Shown: piece after piece, positions 26,354-39,281 of the stretch
Layout: each line of letters opens with the position of its first letter
Position numbering within the stretch: position 1 is the first letter of the stretch
Source of the DNA: Podospora anserina
Lineage: Eukaryota
Length of the DNA: 64,000 nucleotides
NCBI GenBank assembly: GCA_017654855.1
Contig: CM030332.1
Location: 1,488,001-1,552,000, forward strand
Direction: 5' to 3'
Translations under genes and position numbers: made by a program
Notes under the pieces: generated by a model
The model's input: the letters and a program-made list of their open reading frames with translations, nothing else
What the model was told of the DNA's origin: nothing
The model's database searches: none

Positions 26354-27724
26354 GACTGCTTATGTATAGGTATGTGGAAGTCCAGATGCGTAGCGTTTGT
26401 GCTTGAACAAATGGGTGCCCAAGCTCCCTGTTGATATCAGTCCAAGGCTGGACAGCGGGCTTGTTCAAGGAGGGTCGCAAAACGTGAAGCCTTCGTTCCC
26501 TACAATCGAATAAAGCAACCGGAGAGCAAGATGAACAAGTGTCTCCATATACTTTTAGTTTCCTCGTTCAGGGAAGAAGTCCAGTCCATCTCGACGCAAA
26601 GAGACACCAAGATTGCTGCCCAACACATAGCCTTGCTGCGAGCCTCATCTGCAAGAGTACTAGAATCGCGGGGCGTGCATTGTGTGACTTGAGCTCCTTA
26701 CCATTGCTTGTTGAAATAGCCCATACTGCTCTATCATTTTGACTATATTTAAAGATATCCGACGAGCCCGTCGAACTCTCGTACGTGCTGAAGCTGAGTT
26801 GACCACACTGTTTCCACATCGGTAGCGCATGAGTGCGAAAATCCAAGGGCTTGAATCAGTTATGAAGAGCATATTAGGAAGATGTTCGGTATAAGCCAGA
26901 CCAGTTCGGTATCTGACGAGTTGAGAGACGACAAAGCTCTACTATTAGATTCAAATTGTCGGTTTCTGATGATGGTTGGGTGTACGAAAACAAAATATCA
27001 TGGACATTCATCCGAGAAGTCCATGACAAAGGCACTGTGATACTGGGATGGGAGATATGGGAGAGAAGCTGGAACCACTCCCGCTAAGCATTACGCTAAT
27101 GCAGCCTACGCCGCTAAGCCTTACAACAGACTGGGCACCGGAGCCTTCCATCCTTCATTTCACGATGAATCATCCTCACAACTACCCACCAGTGCCACCA
27201 TCTTCGTCATCAATTTGGAAATTTTCGGACAGCGATAAAAGTGAAGAACACAAGCATAATTCCAGATGCCCATTGGGGTAAAGTCTATCTTTGTAACTGC
27301 AAAAGCGACCTCGGCCGGAGTGGCAAGAGCTGGTGTTTTCAGACCGCCGGGCCGGCACGCGACCCTAACCCTAGCTCTTAAATCCAGGCCTTGTAGCGCC
27401 GGGTAAAAGCTTCCCCTTCAAAAGACTGCGGCAAATGCCAAGAGATATTACTCATGCGGCGAACTTTCAACCCATCTTATTACCATCACTCAAACCTTGG
27501 TCTTTTCTTGGGCAGCACTTATCTAGCCGGTGGACGGTATTCTCCTGTCAAGTTTTCTTCTTGTCCAACTGCATTTTTGCAAAAGAAATTTTCTACGTTT
27601 CAAAGTCGCTGTATTTCAAAAAGCGCACCCCCCCGAAAGGAAACTTTGTTTGGCGGGGCAGATTGGAGCAGCGCCCAAAATTCCACCGCTACAGTCAAGA
27701 GGATACAACCTTACGACTGAAAAC

Positions 27725-30700
27725 ATGGCCGAAGTAGTTCCACAACCCCAGGGAAGCTCGAGCCGTGGAGGAGGATCAGGAGGTAGAGTTCGGCGAGGGC
27801 GTGGCTGGAGAGGAAGGCATAGAGGTGGTCGTGGAGGGTCCAATGCCAACGCATCCGGAAGTGGAAATGGAAATGTGGAAGGGGGCCAGGCGACTACGGC
27901 AACAACTCAACCATTACCACCACCAACTGCAGTACCTACACCAGTACCGCAGCAACCAACAGGTGTAGCATCTCAACCAATCGTTTCAGATGCCTCAAGT
28001 TCGCATCAAGAGGGCCAACCAGGCAGAGGGCGAGGAGATAGGGGCAGGGGAGGTCGGGGCAGAGGCCGTGGTCGCGGAGGCGCGGCTCAAAGATCAATAG
28101 TAACCTCCCATCGTGGAGGTCGAGGACCGCCATTTTCAGCACCTCGACAAACCGACTCTTCATCATCCCAGTCACAGTCACAGATACGACATGGGTTCAA
28201 CCTTGGTGCTGTCGAGTTTGTCCCTGGTCAACCAGTCTCCGTCACTACCAACACACGGGGTCCTGGAGAAATCATACCACCCAGATCTGCCCCTGCTCCT
28301 AAACCGGTCATGGAAAAATCAACAGCAGAGGACCTTCCCACACGTATTCACGAGGACATCGACAATGGGCAGTACGAATGTGTCATCTGCACCAGCGAGG
28401 TTGTCCGATCTTCCCGAGTTTGGTCTTGCTTGATCTGCTGGACGGTTACCCACCTTCACTGTGTCAAGAAGTGGCACAAAAACCAAATGAAACAGAAGGA
28501 GGAAAACCAAAGCCCTAACCAACCCGACGGTTGGCGCTGTCCAGGGTGCAACTCCAATCTGTTGGAAGACCCAGCATCATATCACTGTTGGTGTGGGAAA
28601 GAGTTTGACATGAAAGCAATTCCTGGCTTGCCTCCTCACACATGCGGACAGACCTGCTCCAAGCCTAGAGCTACATGTCCACATCCTTGCTCCCTGATGT
28701 GTCATGCCGGACCATGTCCGCCATGTACACTCATGGGCCCAGCACAGACCTGCTTCTGCGGCAAGAACACTGTTACCAAACGGTGTAGTGAGACTGACTA
28801 CACGAATGGATGGAGCTGCCAAGAGGTGTGCGGTGATTTCCTTCCATGTGGGGAGCATACCTGCTCCCAGCCTTGCCATCCAGGCTTATGTGGCGCTTGC
28901 GACGTTCCCATGCCATCAACGTGCTATTGCGGCAAGGAGCGGAAAGAGATACCTTGCAACCAGAGAGACGACATTTTGGAATCGTTCAACTATGGCCAGC
29001 TCGATGACGAAGAAGAGTGGTTTGAGGGATCATTCCAATGCTCAAAAGTCTGCGGCAGAAAGTTTGACTGTGGACATCACACTTGTCAAAAGCCCTGCCA
29101 CCCGCAAGATGAAGAGACATCTCATTGCCCCCTTTCGCCCGACATGGTGTTGAGCTGCCCCTGTGGAAAGACACCGCTTGCTTCCTTACCCGCCGAACCC
29201 AGGACGTCGTGTCAAGACCCCGTCCCGCGATGCGACAAGCCATGCGATAAGATCCTGGCTTGCGGTCATCATTGCCCGGATAAGTGCCATACTGGTGCAT
29301 GTGCCCCTTGCTTCCAGAGTATGGACGTCTCCTGCCGTTGCGGCAGGGTCACCAGCCGTTCAGCGTGCCATCTAGGCTGTGTTGAACCACCACAATGCTT
29401 CCGGGTGTGCAAAGCGCAGCTCAACTGTGGAAGACATGAGTGTGGAGAGCGCTGCTGCTCGGGAGAGAAGAAGGCAGCGGAAAGGCGGAAACAGAAGCGG
29501 GCTGTCAACGAGAATTACGAGCCCGAACATATCTGCCTACAGGTTTGTGGCCGGCTGCTGAAATGCAGTAAGCACACATGCCAGCAACTATGTCACAGGG
29601 GGTCTTGCAATGCTTGCCCGGAGGCTATCTTTGACGAGATCAGCTGCTCTTGCGGGCGAACTGTATTGCACCCTCCGCAACCATGCGGAACCAGACCGCC
29701 AGAGTGCCGATTTGACTGTCGCAGAGCGAGGCCATGCGGACATCCTGCAGTGTCCCATCAGTGTCATCCAGACGATGTGGCTTGCCCCAAGTGCGCCTTT
29801 CTGGTGGAAAGGCCTTGTATCTGTGGCAAGAGGATTCTCAAAAATCAGCCTTGTTGGTTTGAGGATGCTAGGTGCGGACTGCCTTGTGGGAAGAAGCTGA
29901 AATGCGGAGCCCACGAGTGCAGGAAGTCGTGCCATAAGCCCAGGGAATGTGAGGATGCTGAGGTAGTTGGTTCTCATTGCACGCAGTTATGCGGAAGGGC
30001 AAGAAAGTCTTGTGATCACACCTGCGTGGACGAGTGCCATGCCCCTTTTCGTAAGTTTACAGCCTTATATTTTTATGTGCCCAAGGACATTGCTGATACA
30101 GTCACAGCTTGCAACGAGGACAAGCCGTGTCAATCCATGACATTCACCACCTGCCCTTGCCAGCGGCAAAAGAAACAAATTCGGTGCGGTGCAACTCGCT
30201 TCAACTCGGGGCCAGATAAACACATCACTTTAAAGTGTGATGACGACTGTCTTCGACTGGAGCGGAATCAGCGGCTTGCCGACGCGCTCAATATCGACCC
30301 TAATCACACCGACGATCATGTGCCGTATGCCGACAAGACCTTGAAGATGTTCCGCGAGAATATTACCTGGGCTCAATCACAAGAACGGGAACTTCGCATG
30401 TTTGCTGCAGACCCAGAGTTGAAGCGTATGCGTTTCAAGCCTATGGCCAACCACCAGCGTGCCTTTTTGCACTCACTAGCTGAGGACTATGGTCTTGATT
30501 CCGAGTCTCAAGATCCTGAGCCTCACCGTCATGTTTGCCTTTTCAAGACACCACGGTTTGTGTCTGCTCCCAAAAAGACCCTGGCTCAGAGTCTTCGCCT
30601 AGTTAAGACCGCTGCCGCCACTGCCGCTGCTGCTGCTGCCAAACCAGCCACTCCCGCCAATAGCCAACCCTCACCGCAGGCATTCAATGCCCTCTTACTC

Positions 30701-31348
30701 ACCACACCTCGGTTTGGACTTACAGTCGAGGAGGTCGATCGAGCCCTGGCCTCAGACATTGCGGCCGCGGCACGTTCTGGTCCGGCACTCAGCTTCACGA
30801 CCAGCTTCCTCCCCTCGGAAGACATTGTGATCAAGGCCATCCCTAATTTCACGACCGCAGCTATTGCAACGTCCATGGCACCAACACCACAGGCAGTTCA
30901 GTCAGTTCTGAAGGATCTCAAGTCTGCTGTGGCAAGAACTATCTCAAAGGCAGGGTTGGCAAACGGGGTGGTACTGTGCCACGCAGACAGTTCGCTCAAT
31001 GTTGTTAGAAGAGAAGGAGATCAGGCTGCTGGTGCTGATGGATGGAGTGCTGTTGCTAGCAAGGGGACATGGCGGCGAGCTCCTAGTGGGAAGGTCGCTC
31101 CTCCTGTGGCGAGCAGCAGCAGAGCTGGAGGTGGCTTCTTTGCGTTGAGGAAGCTGGAGCTGAGGAAGAAGAAGGTTGAGGAGGAAAAGGCGGAAGTTGA
31201 GGAGGATTGGGAAGCGGCAGCAGAGAAGTTGGAGGGTGGAAGCAGCGATAAGGAGAATGAGGTTGTCAAGACGAGCAGCCAGGATGAGCTGCAGGGGCAT
31301 CATGATTCTGAGCAGGAGCAGAGTTCTCTGGTTGCCACTGATACTTAA
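27725..31348 (+). CDS. NF-X1-type zinc finger / RING / R3H protein (FAP1/Shuttle craft-like), 2 exons
   Basis: ATG 27725 (AAACATGG); RGG-rich N-terminus; YECVIC..WSC..C..H..C..WRCPGC; repeated CG.H.C...CH.G.C..C fingers; R3H region QRAFLHSLAEDYGL. Intron 30051-30107. Confidence 0.93.
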   Translation: MAEVVPQPQGSSSRGGGSGGRVRRGRGWRGRHRGGRGGSNANASGSGNGNVEGGQATTATTQPLPPPTAVPTPVPQQPTGVASQPIVSDASSSHQEGQPGRGRGDRGRGGRGRGRGRGGAAQRSIVTSHRGGRGPPFSAPRQTDSSSSQSQSQIRHGFNLGAVEFVPGQPVSVTTNTRGPGEIIPPRSAPAPKPVMEKSTAEDLPTRIHEDIDNGQYECVICTSEVVRSSRVWSCLICWTVTHLHCVKKWHKNQMKQKEENQSPNQPDGWRCPGCNSNLLEDPASYHCWCGKEFDMKAIPGLPPHTCGQTCSKPRATCPHPCSLMCHAGPCPPCTLMGPAQTCFCGKNTVTKRCSETDYTNGWSCQEVCGDFLPCGEHTCSQPCHPGLCGACDVPMPSTCYCGKERKEIPCNQRDDILESFNYGQLDDEEEWFEGSFQCSKVCGRKFDCGHHTCQKPCHPQDEETSHCPLSPDMVLSCPCGKTPLASLPAEPRTSCQDPVPRCDKPCDKILACGHHCPDKCHTGACAPCFQSMDVSCRCGRVTSRSACHLGCVEPPQCFRVCKAQLNCGRHECGERCCSGEKKAAERRKQKRAVNENYEPEHICLQVCGRLLKCSKHTCQQLCHRGSCNACPEAIFDEISCSCGRTVLHPPQPCGTRPPECRFDCRRARPCGHPAVSHQCHPDDVACPKCAFLVERPCICGKRILKNQPCWFEDARCGLPCGKKLKCGAHECRKSCHKPRECEDAEVVGSHCTQLCGRARKSCDHTCVDECHAPFRKFTALYFYVPKDIADTVTACNEDKPCQSMTFTTCPCQRQKKQIRCGATRFNSGPDKHITLKCDDDCLRLERNQRLADALNIDPNHTDDHVPYADKTLKMFRENITWAQSQERELRMFAADPELKRMRFKPMANHQRAFLHSLAEDYGLDSESQDPEPHRHVCLFKTPRFVSAPKKTLAQSLRLVKTAAATAAAAAAKPATPANSQPSPQAFNALLLTTPRFGLTVEEVDRALASDIAAAARSGPALSFTTSFLPSEDIVIKAIPNFTTAAIATSMAPTPQAVQSVLKDLKSAVARTISKAGLANGVVLCHADSSLNVVRREGDQAAGADGWSAVASKGTWRRAPSGKVAPPVASSSRAGGGFFALRKLELRKKKVEEEKAEVEEDWEAAAEKLEGGSSDKENEVVKTSSQDELQGHHDSEQEQSSLVATDT

Positions 31349-32803
31349 ACCTACAAGCTTACGATATCAGTGTCGATTGATGATTGTAATGTATGAAATA
31401 TCATGTTGTATATTAATTGACATCCTTGGACCAGTTGCAATCTTGCTTTCAGGTGTTGTTTGGATGAGCCGTGGATCTCCAGTACAATAAACCATCGTTC
31501 CCAAAGCCTTGAAACAATTCAATCCCAAAAGAACCAAAAGTTCATGCACTCAATCGCCGCTATTGAAACCCGTACCAAGTAAAAAGATGCGCATTCCACA
31601 CGCCCCTTATTCCCTTCCCGCCCATCCCATAGCCCATGTCTATTATTAGTCCTGCTATGATCACCTCACGCTTCACCCTTTGCCGCTCTGTAACGTGACA
31701 AAGTGTCATTCTAGAACTCTCAAAGTTACCCCTTGTTAACTAACTGATCTTCTCAGCCAGGACAACTGATTTACCTCCGGCGATGAAGTGACCTTTCCAG
31801 AACCGAAGATCCCGTCAAAATCTCCTGTTTTGGCCCCTATCCAATATCATGCTATGATCGCCTTCCCACACATAACCAACTCACTCAAAAGTCTCATGTT
31901 CCAAAACCCAAGGCAACACTTCGGAGTAATTCTAGAAACCAAAAATCATCCAATGACTTCTCCCTTGCCTCTCCCCCTCAAACTCAACTCACCAATCCCA
32001 GTCCCCAATCCCCTCTTTCTCTGCCGCCCACTACCTCATGCCCCTCACCCCAGATTTCCCCATCTCATTATTCCCAGCAAAAAGCAAATGCACTTGCGTA
32101 ATCCAACCTGCGTGGCTTTCTTCAAATCCCAAAGCAGCAAGCAGCAGTCCTATACCAACCCTACTATAACCTTTTTATATCTCCGCCACTGTCACTCCCC
32201 CATCCCACCATCCAAAAATCCCCCCGCAAAGCCACTACCGAGCTGAACACACAAACCCACCACCCCATCCCGAGACGAGACACACATCCCCAATCCATTC
32301 CTCGCTTATTCTTCAAAGCTGCGCAACTTGCTCACCTTGCGAACCGAACGCAAGGGACCGACTATGGACCGCCGCATTGGGAAGTCCCGCCCAGCCAATT
32401 AATATCTAACCACCCACACACGACACAACCTCAACAGCCGGCAAGTATCGCCAACTAACTAGGAACTATCATGTTTGGGATAGAGCACTCCACCTTCATG
32501 CTCCCTCTATCACCTCACCAGTTTCGTTCCTGCCCGTGATCCGACTGTCCGGTCCCGAGAAAATGATCCTGGTTGAAAACTCTTGTCCGTACAATAATCA
32601 CACACCCGTAGCAAATGACCACCAGTGGTTCCAATCTTTTCTTTCATATTTTTTTTGTCTTGTACCTCTTGAGTTTTTGTATATCTAGTAGTAACCTTTC
32701 GCCTCTCTCTTCCGCAAAAAAGGTTAGGGGGGTATCACTATGTTTTGTGTCTCCGTTTCCTCTCACCGTTTCTGTTGTTGTCCCGTCTGTCATGACGTAG
32801 ACC

Positions 32804-34065
32804 TCAAAGCTCATCCTTCTCGTCCTTCTCCCTCCTTTCCCTCACAACCCTGTTGATAAACTCGGCAATGGCCTCGAAATACCCTTCTTCAATCACACTC
32901 GAGTTGTGATCTCCCCCAGGCAGCGGCTTCCAAATCTTGACCGGGGCGTTGCTCAAGTCATAGAGCTTCTTCATATGGATTGGACTTTTCAGCGTCAGCG
33001 TATACTTCCCAACCCACAAGCCGAGGCAAAGTACTCACGGAACAATCTCATCCTGCAACCCACTCAAAAACAGCGTCGGCACCTTGATCCCCCCAATCAA
33101 CCCATCGCTTCCCCACACCTGATGGCACAAATACGCCAAATACTTGGCCGGCGGCATAATACTCGGGATCAGCTTCCTCATGCTCAAAAAGGTATTCTCC
33201 AGCACCAACCCCACAATATCCCCTCCCTTCCCGCCCTGGGACTGGTTCTTAGCCACCAGCTTTATCCCCACCGCACCCCCCAAACTCTGACCATACACCA
33301 CAATCTTGTGGTTTCTCGTCTCGGCCCTATCCCTCAGGTAATCCAATGCCGTCTGGGCATCCATGTTCAACCCTGATTCATCAGGCGTACCAGTGGAGAT
33401 GCCATATCCGCGGTATTCAAGCATAAAGACGTTGCACCCCGTGGCGGCGATGAGCATACGGGCGATGGGGAGACGATGACCAATGTTACCTGCGTTGCCG
33501 TGGAACATAAGCACGGTCACGTCCGAGTTGGGGTTGTTTCGCCGAGGGCCCCGGATGTAAAAGGCCGAGAGCTTCTCGCCATCGTTGGTGGGGATGATGA
33601 GCTCTTCGTAGTCGCTGAAGTGGTATTGGCTCGGCCGGGGCACGTCAGTGCGGGCGTTGGCGGGGATGGAGGCCGGGTAGATTAGTGCTCTGAGAGGGGA
33701 AGATGAGGTTAGGATGACGTTATCGTTGAAATCGGGGGGGCGATGGAGGATATACTTTTGCTTGAAGTACAGGAGAGCTGTCAGCAAGGCTGCAAGCCCC
33801 TACATGCCAGGAAACAATTGGTTAGTTATGAGGACTGGATATCAGAAAGTGTTTCTCAAAAAACTTGCCCCCTGAGCCAGTCTGCGCGGTTGGCGTTGCA
33901 GCCATTCAGGCACTGGGCGGGAGAGGCAGGAGGAGTATCGGGTCATACAGAAGTCGCGATGGCTGGCAGGCGCATGTAGCCCGCTGCGGTGCTCATCAAC
34001 GAGAGTGTCTGCTGCACGAGAGGATTGCCTGCAGACGATGACGACTCGTGAGGAGACGAGGACAT
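32804..34065 (-). CDS. bem46: BEM46/ABHD13 alpha/beta hydrolase, 4 exons
   Basis: LLYFKQKALIYP, FHGNAGNIGHR, EYRGYG.STG.P.E.GL..DAQ, nucleophile GQSLGG, LENTF, QDEIVP, HN. Introns 33948-33800, 33755-33690, 33038-32985. Ends EKDEL. Confidence 0.92.
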
Positions 34066-36424
34066 GATGAGGTTTGTTGACGTTTGGGCAGCGGGTGCCA
34101 GTAAAAAAGGGCGGTGGGTATGGCAGGTTAGGTACAGCAAATGCCCAGCAAAGCAGGGACCCTTAGCTATCCGAGCTTATTTAGGAGAGACGAGGCGGGA
34201 GTGGATGCGATGGGCGAAACAAACAGGGGTTGGGAGACGTTGTTGTGAGCAGTGAGTCTCACGGGCAAGGGGGGCTCAAATTGAGACAAGGTGATTTGAG
34301 ATGGAGAGTCAAAATGCAGATGCAGCAGGAGCAAAGTGGAAATATGCCTGCAGCTCCAAATCTACCGCTGGACATGCAGTCTTTTTGGGCATGATGTAAT
34401 TTTACCTCAACCGAGCAGATCTGCCGCTGATTGCCGTCCGCACTCTCCAACTGAAGCCAGCTCAACCCGGCCGGGCCAGCTGTTCGGCCGTCCTCCACCT
34501 GGCCCGCCTGTCAGGCCGAATTGAACGGGCCCGGCCTCCCGCTATCGTCCGAATTTCTTTTTTTGTTGAGGCCTTCGAGATGTTCTACTCCCTCCCTTGC
34601 TCTTCGCCTTGCCCAGAGCTCAGAGCTGACAGTCATGACGGCCACAGTGGCATCGTGGAGGGGTTTCAAGCTTATCGATTGCAACCTTGGAATTGCTGTC
34701 AGGTTGCCCCGACCCCGGACCCGAGAGGCCGATCTGACAGGGAGTGGGGGGGTTAACAACCAAGCCACGACCAGGCTTTAAACCAACCACACTCTGTGGC
34801 TTGTGGGAATGCCATCTCAAAATCCATCCATCCAGCGCCGGCACTGTTCAGGAGGCAGGTGCCTGTTGTCGCGCGCGCGAACGGGCCCCTCGCATTGGAT
34901 TGTGCCACTGTTCATGCAACTCGTTTGCGATTCAGGCTGGCTCGATCACTGGCTCGTACCAATCGGCAGGAAGACGTCGCGCCAGGTCTGAAACAGGAGA
35001 CGACTGGATAAGGGGCAAAGGTTGCAACACCCGACGGCGTGCTTCAATCGGCTTGACAGCTTCTCCAGTTCAAGAGCTCAAGCTCTTGATGGAGTAAGCG
35101 CTGCCGAATTGCTCTAGAAGCATCAAGGCAAACTCAATTCGGGGGCTGCATTGACGAATTGAGTGCCTGTGCTGCGCTGTTCCTGAGCTAGGCCGCGGTG
35201 AATCCACCGAACCGCCTCACGGGTAAGCCCCCACCTGTTTAGCTGCGTTTGGGTACAAGAAGACTGCCCAAACGACATCATTCTGGGCCTCTCTGCATGA
35301 AGGGTTTTTTGCTGGTCCTTGATGTCTGTATTGTGGCCGCGAAGAAGGCTGGGTTGCCCCTTTTCCTTTATCTCTTTTGAGCAATACTCGGGACTGATCA
35401 CAGGTCAGATGAACCGTCATCTATGCAAGAAGTGGTGTTGTGCCGGCATTGGCTTCTCTTTTTTAAATGAATTGAAACGCGCTTCGAGCTGTCTCCTGAC
35501 CAACCAAAGACGCGCTTCAAGTCAAGTTTCGTGTTGAGGATGCAGTTTGTTGTGCCACATCTCCCCGCTTTTCGAACCCGGAGGGGTCATCTCCAGCGGT
35601 TCTGTCAGCCACTCAGGGCACTGTGTAGCAAATCGGGACAAACGGGCAGCTCCGCAACCAAGAGCGGGTGGAGGGGCTGCTGTGGCTCGTGGGTGGGCTC
35701 GTGGGCTGCGGGACTGCGGGCCCGGCAACAGGGCAACCCAGAGACTAGCGATGCATCGGCGCCCAAAAACCTCCAACCAAACACCAGTCCAAGCCATCCA
35801 AATTCGACTTTTTCCTGTTGACAGCGCACACAAATTTTTCTTCGAATCCCACGATTCCAAGCCGGCCACGAAGACCGGACTCCCGTCGACTACCGTGGAT
35901 CGGCATCACCAGCCCGCTAGCCCCCGCTGTTGCTAGTGCGCCGTTCTACAGTTCTGCCCGTCAGCTTCATCCGCTCTCATTCGTGCCCAACGGCGCAGCG
36001 CAGCAGCAAGCAGAGCCCACTTTGTTGACAATCCTGAGGGACGCTCGCTGTATGTACAAACCGGACCCTCAGCTCGCCCCAACACAGCCCCATCTCTACC
36101 CTGTGCCGCCGCATACTCTCTACCCAGGCCATCCGTACCTGACAGAAGCCCACAAGGCCCGTCCGAGACCCATTCTTCATCTCTTCAGTTCTCTTTTCTT
36201 CACCGCACCCCCAACACTAAGAGCCCGGGCAACAGCCTCCTTTGCCTCGTCTTCACCGTCCTGGAACGATTGGACAGAACTCGACCTGCTTGCAACTGCC
36301 AGCTAACAGCCAGAAGAGCCGCCTCCGAGACCACCGACGGCAGGGCAACAAGCCGCTACACATTTTGCAGACTCTGCACCACCAATTGGACCAACCCCGA
36401 GGATACCAAGGGCCAACTGACACC

Positions 36425-36538
36425 ATGGTTTCCTTTTCGTGCGAGGTAAAGTCATCATGTCTCTATTCCTTCATGCTTCATCCCTCCGTCGTCCATATCG
36501 GATACTGCTGCCGTTGAGACCAAACACAGCTTCAACGG

Positions 36539-36577
<39 letters not shown>

Positions 36578-38308
36578 TGTTGATTCCCCAATTGTCACCC
36601 CTCCCCCTTGTTGGTGTGGTCTGTTTTCACCCCCCATGACCATCCCGAAGGGCAATCTCAACTGACATCACACACTGCCGCACACCACCCACCTCCACGG
36701 GTCACGGCGGCCAACACTGGTCACCCACCCTGGCACACCACCCCTCCTTCCCGCACCCCTCCCCCAGTATTGATCAAGCTGATCCCTCCCTCCCTCCTTT
36801 GCCCTGTTGCTTGTTTTCCCACATCGCCACGAGAACACACACACTGCCGTCCATATCTTCCCCGCGCTCCCCAGACACCCACCAATTAGTCTTGCTTTCA
36901 CCCCGCTCTATATCTAACCATTGCTTTTGCGACTCTGAACAGGCCTGTGGAGACATCTTCACCAAGAAGAAACTCGACCCGCACCGCAACCGCTGTCGAG
37001 GTGCTACCTTTACCTGCATCGACTGTATGGTACATTTTCCTGGCACAGAATATCGCTGGCACACGGTACGACGACCTGGTCATGTGTGTTACACCAGCAG
37101 AGCTGACTGGGACACAGAGTTGTATGAGTGAGGAACAAAAGTATCAGGGTGCCCTCTATAAAGAGAAGAAGCCAAAGCAGCAGCAACACCAGCAACGCGT
37201 TCCCCCTCTTGCACCCCCTCCTCCACCTGCCGCCATGGCTCAACCAGCATATGTTGAATCAGTCGCCGAGGAGGACAACTGGAAGAATTACGAGCAACGC
37301 AGTGACGATGATAGCCGTTCCATCAACCTTCCGGAAGCGCCTACCCCGCCTTCTGCCGTGGACATGGGAGGCAACGTGAATGTCTTTGATTTCATGGTCG
37401 ACAACCCCACGCCAACCGCTTCCAATGTTTCGCTTCCCCTTCCCGTCCCTACTCAGGTTCCAGCAAACGAGGAGATGTCCCTCGTGCGGTTTGACCCGGA
37501 GGCCAACGGCGGCGACAACTTCGAAGACCATGCCCTCATTCACCAAGAAAATGGTGCTGTAGCCTTGAACCAGTTCCAGACACCCGCGCCAAAACAGCCC
37601 CGGAGAAAGACCAAGGACAGCGAAAGTAGCGTCAAGAAAGACAAGAAGCGCAAGAGACTACACATCGAAACCGACCAGGTCATGATCGATGCCCCACCAG
37701 TAATGCACTCCGGGTTGACTGGTGGCTTGAAGGGTCTTATGAGCAGGTCGTCCGTATTCCCACCATCTCCAGACTATTCTGGAGACAATATTGCGACACC
37801 AGCAAGTCCTTTGAAGAAGACCAAGTCGTCCAAGCATCACCACAAGTCCCTTGCGCGCACGACAACCGAGTCTTTGAGCAACGGCCTGATGGCCATGATT
37901 GCCGGACCTTCCAAGACGAAGTTGTCCAAGAAGAAGGCCAAGACCAGCTCCAGCTCCAAGGACTCCAAGAAGAAGAGTTCCAGCTCCAGCAGCCCCAAGC
38001 GCCTTGAAGGCGGCAAGGAGCCAAAGCTCCTCGAATACCGACCTGGATCCAAGGATAGCAAGGAGGGTGATGTGGCCAGTGGCCAGATGGTCATTTACAA
38101 GCCCGCCGCCGACCACTTTTTGAGCCTCGTTACCAAGGGTCCCGAGAGTGAGAAGGGATGCAGCGTCAACAAGGCACTTAAGAGGTACCACCGTGAGCGC
38201 AGCAACTCGGGCGTCAGCCTCAGCAAGTTGATGGAAGAGAAGGAGTTGTTCAAGACTCTGCGGATGAAGAGGAATGACCGGGGAGAGATTGTGTTGTTTA
38301 CCATTTGA
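36425..38308 (+). CDS. LYAR-type C2HC zinc-finger nucleolar protein, 3 exons
   Basis: MVSFSCE|ACGDIFTKKKLDPHRNRC..FTCIDC..HT|SCMSEEQKYQGALY; K/S-rich middle. Introns 36446-36942 and 37066-37117. Confidence 0.92.
36541..36576. repeat. (GT)18 microsatellite
   Basis: Directly visible in LYAR intron 1. Confidence 0.97.
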
Positions 38309-39281
38309 AGCGTTAGCATGGTGTCTGAGAAGCGTGTATGCATATGGGAAACGGGTAGCATCCGGGGGCTCCAGGGCATGGGGCCTGGGTAATAACATCA
38401 TTCCGATCTGGGAGTTAAGTGGCGAGGCATGATGGGCATATTGTGGGCATACGGTTTTTCTTCTTCTTCTTCTCTTGATGATACCTCTCGGCGATGGACG
38501 TGATGCATTCTTTTGGTCGTTTCCTTTTCTCTCACACGGGGTGCAAAGTCGCAGACTCACCTTGATTTCTTTTGTGGTTTGGTTGACTGGGGGTTTCTTC
38601 ATCTTTTCTGGTCCGCGCAAGCTGGCTATTTCTCTCTTCCTCTCTAATCTCTCTAATAGAAGTGGGAGCGAAAGAAGATGGATTGCTTGGTGGACCCTGG
38701 TGGTTTTTACCGGTTTTCTAATATCCTGATTTCCATCTTTGTGTTTTGTTAGGTTAAGTTTTCGATTGCAGTGTTCCTTTCTTGTATTATTTTACAATTT
38801 GAGGAAGAGAAGAAAGGGAGACTAAGGACAAGCAAAACTAATGGTGGTGGTGGTGGTGGTGGTTGAAGGGGGGGTTACTTGATACCTTTTCTTGCTGTAC
38901 TGCCATTTTTTTTCTCGGGAAGAAGAATCAGGATAGATGTTTTTATTTGATTGGAGTGAATATCTAGGGAGGCTTTTTTGATTGCTTTTGTTTTTTCTCG
39001 ACAGTGGTTTTTTTTATTTTTTTATCTTGTGTGAAATCTATGATTGAAGTCGTCTTTAGCAGATGTATAACGTATTTTTATACTTGAGTTGTTGCAATTC
39101 AAAACAAGCAGAATCATTACTAGTTGAATTTTGAACCATGTCTCAAACAACCCGAGGTGTCCAAACTTGATATTAGTAGTTACTAGTCTTCGCTTCCCTC
39201 AATCATACACATCATTTATTTACATGACAGCCCCTGTTTACATTACGCTTTCCCCTTTTTTCCCCACCAAAACCATCATGT

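Noticed and set aside
27362-27373. Telomere-like ACCCTAACCCTA (also GGGTTAGGGTT at 13658-13668) as a telomerase RNA template
   Set aside because: Only ~350 nt before the NF-X1 ATG and no recognisable pseudoknot or CR4/5; more likely a promoter telobox or chance.
27530-27724. ATG-less in-frame extensions upstream of NF-X1 and PEX10 (40551-40619)
   Set aside because: No clear targeting-signal character or convincing start context; may lie upstream of the TSS.
31400-32800. 1.4 kb gap with short ORFs and a CTAAC..CAG motif near 31740-31756
   Set aside because: No coherent exon chain or RNA motif; consistent with long convergent 3' UTRs.
35841-35850. TTCGAATCCC (also GTTCAAATCC at 46382 and GGGATCGACTCCC near 22299) as tRNA T-arms
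   Set aside because: No cloverleaf, acceptor stem or A-box can be built.
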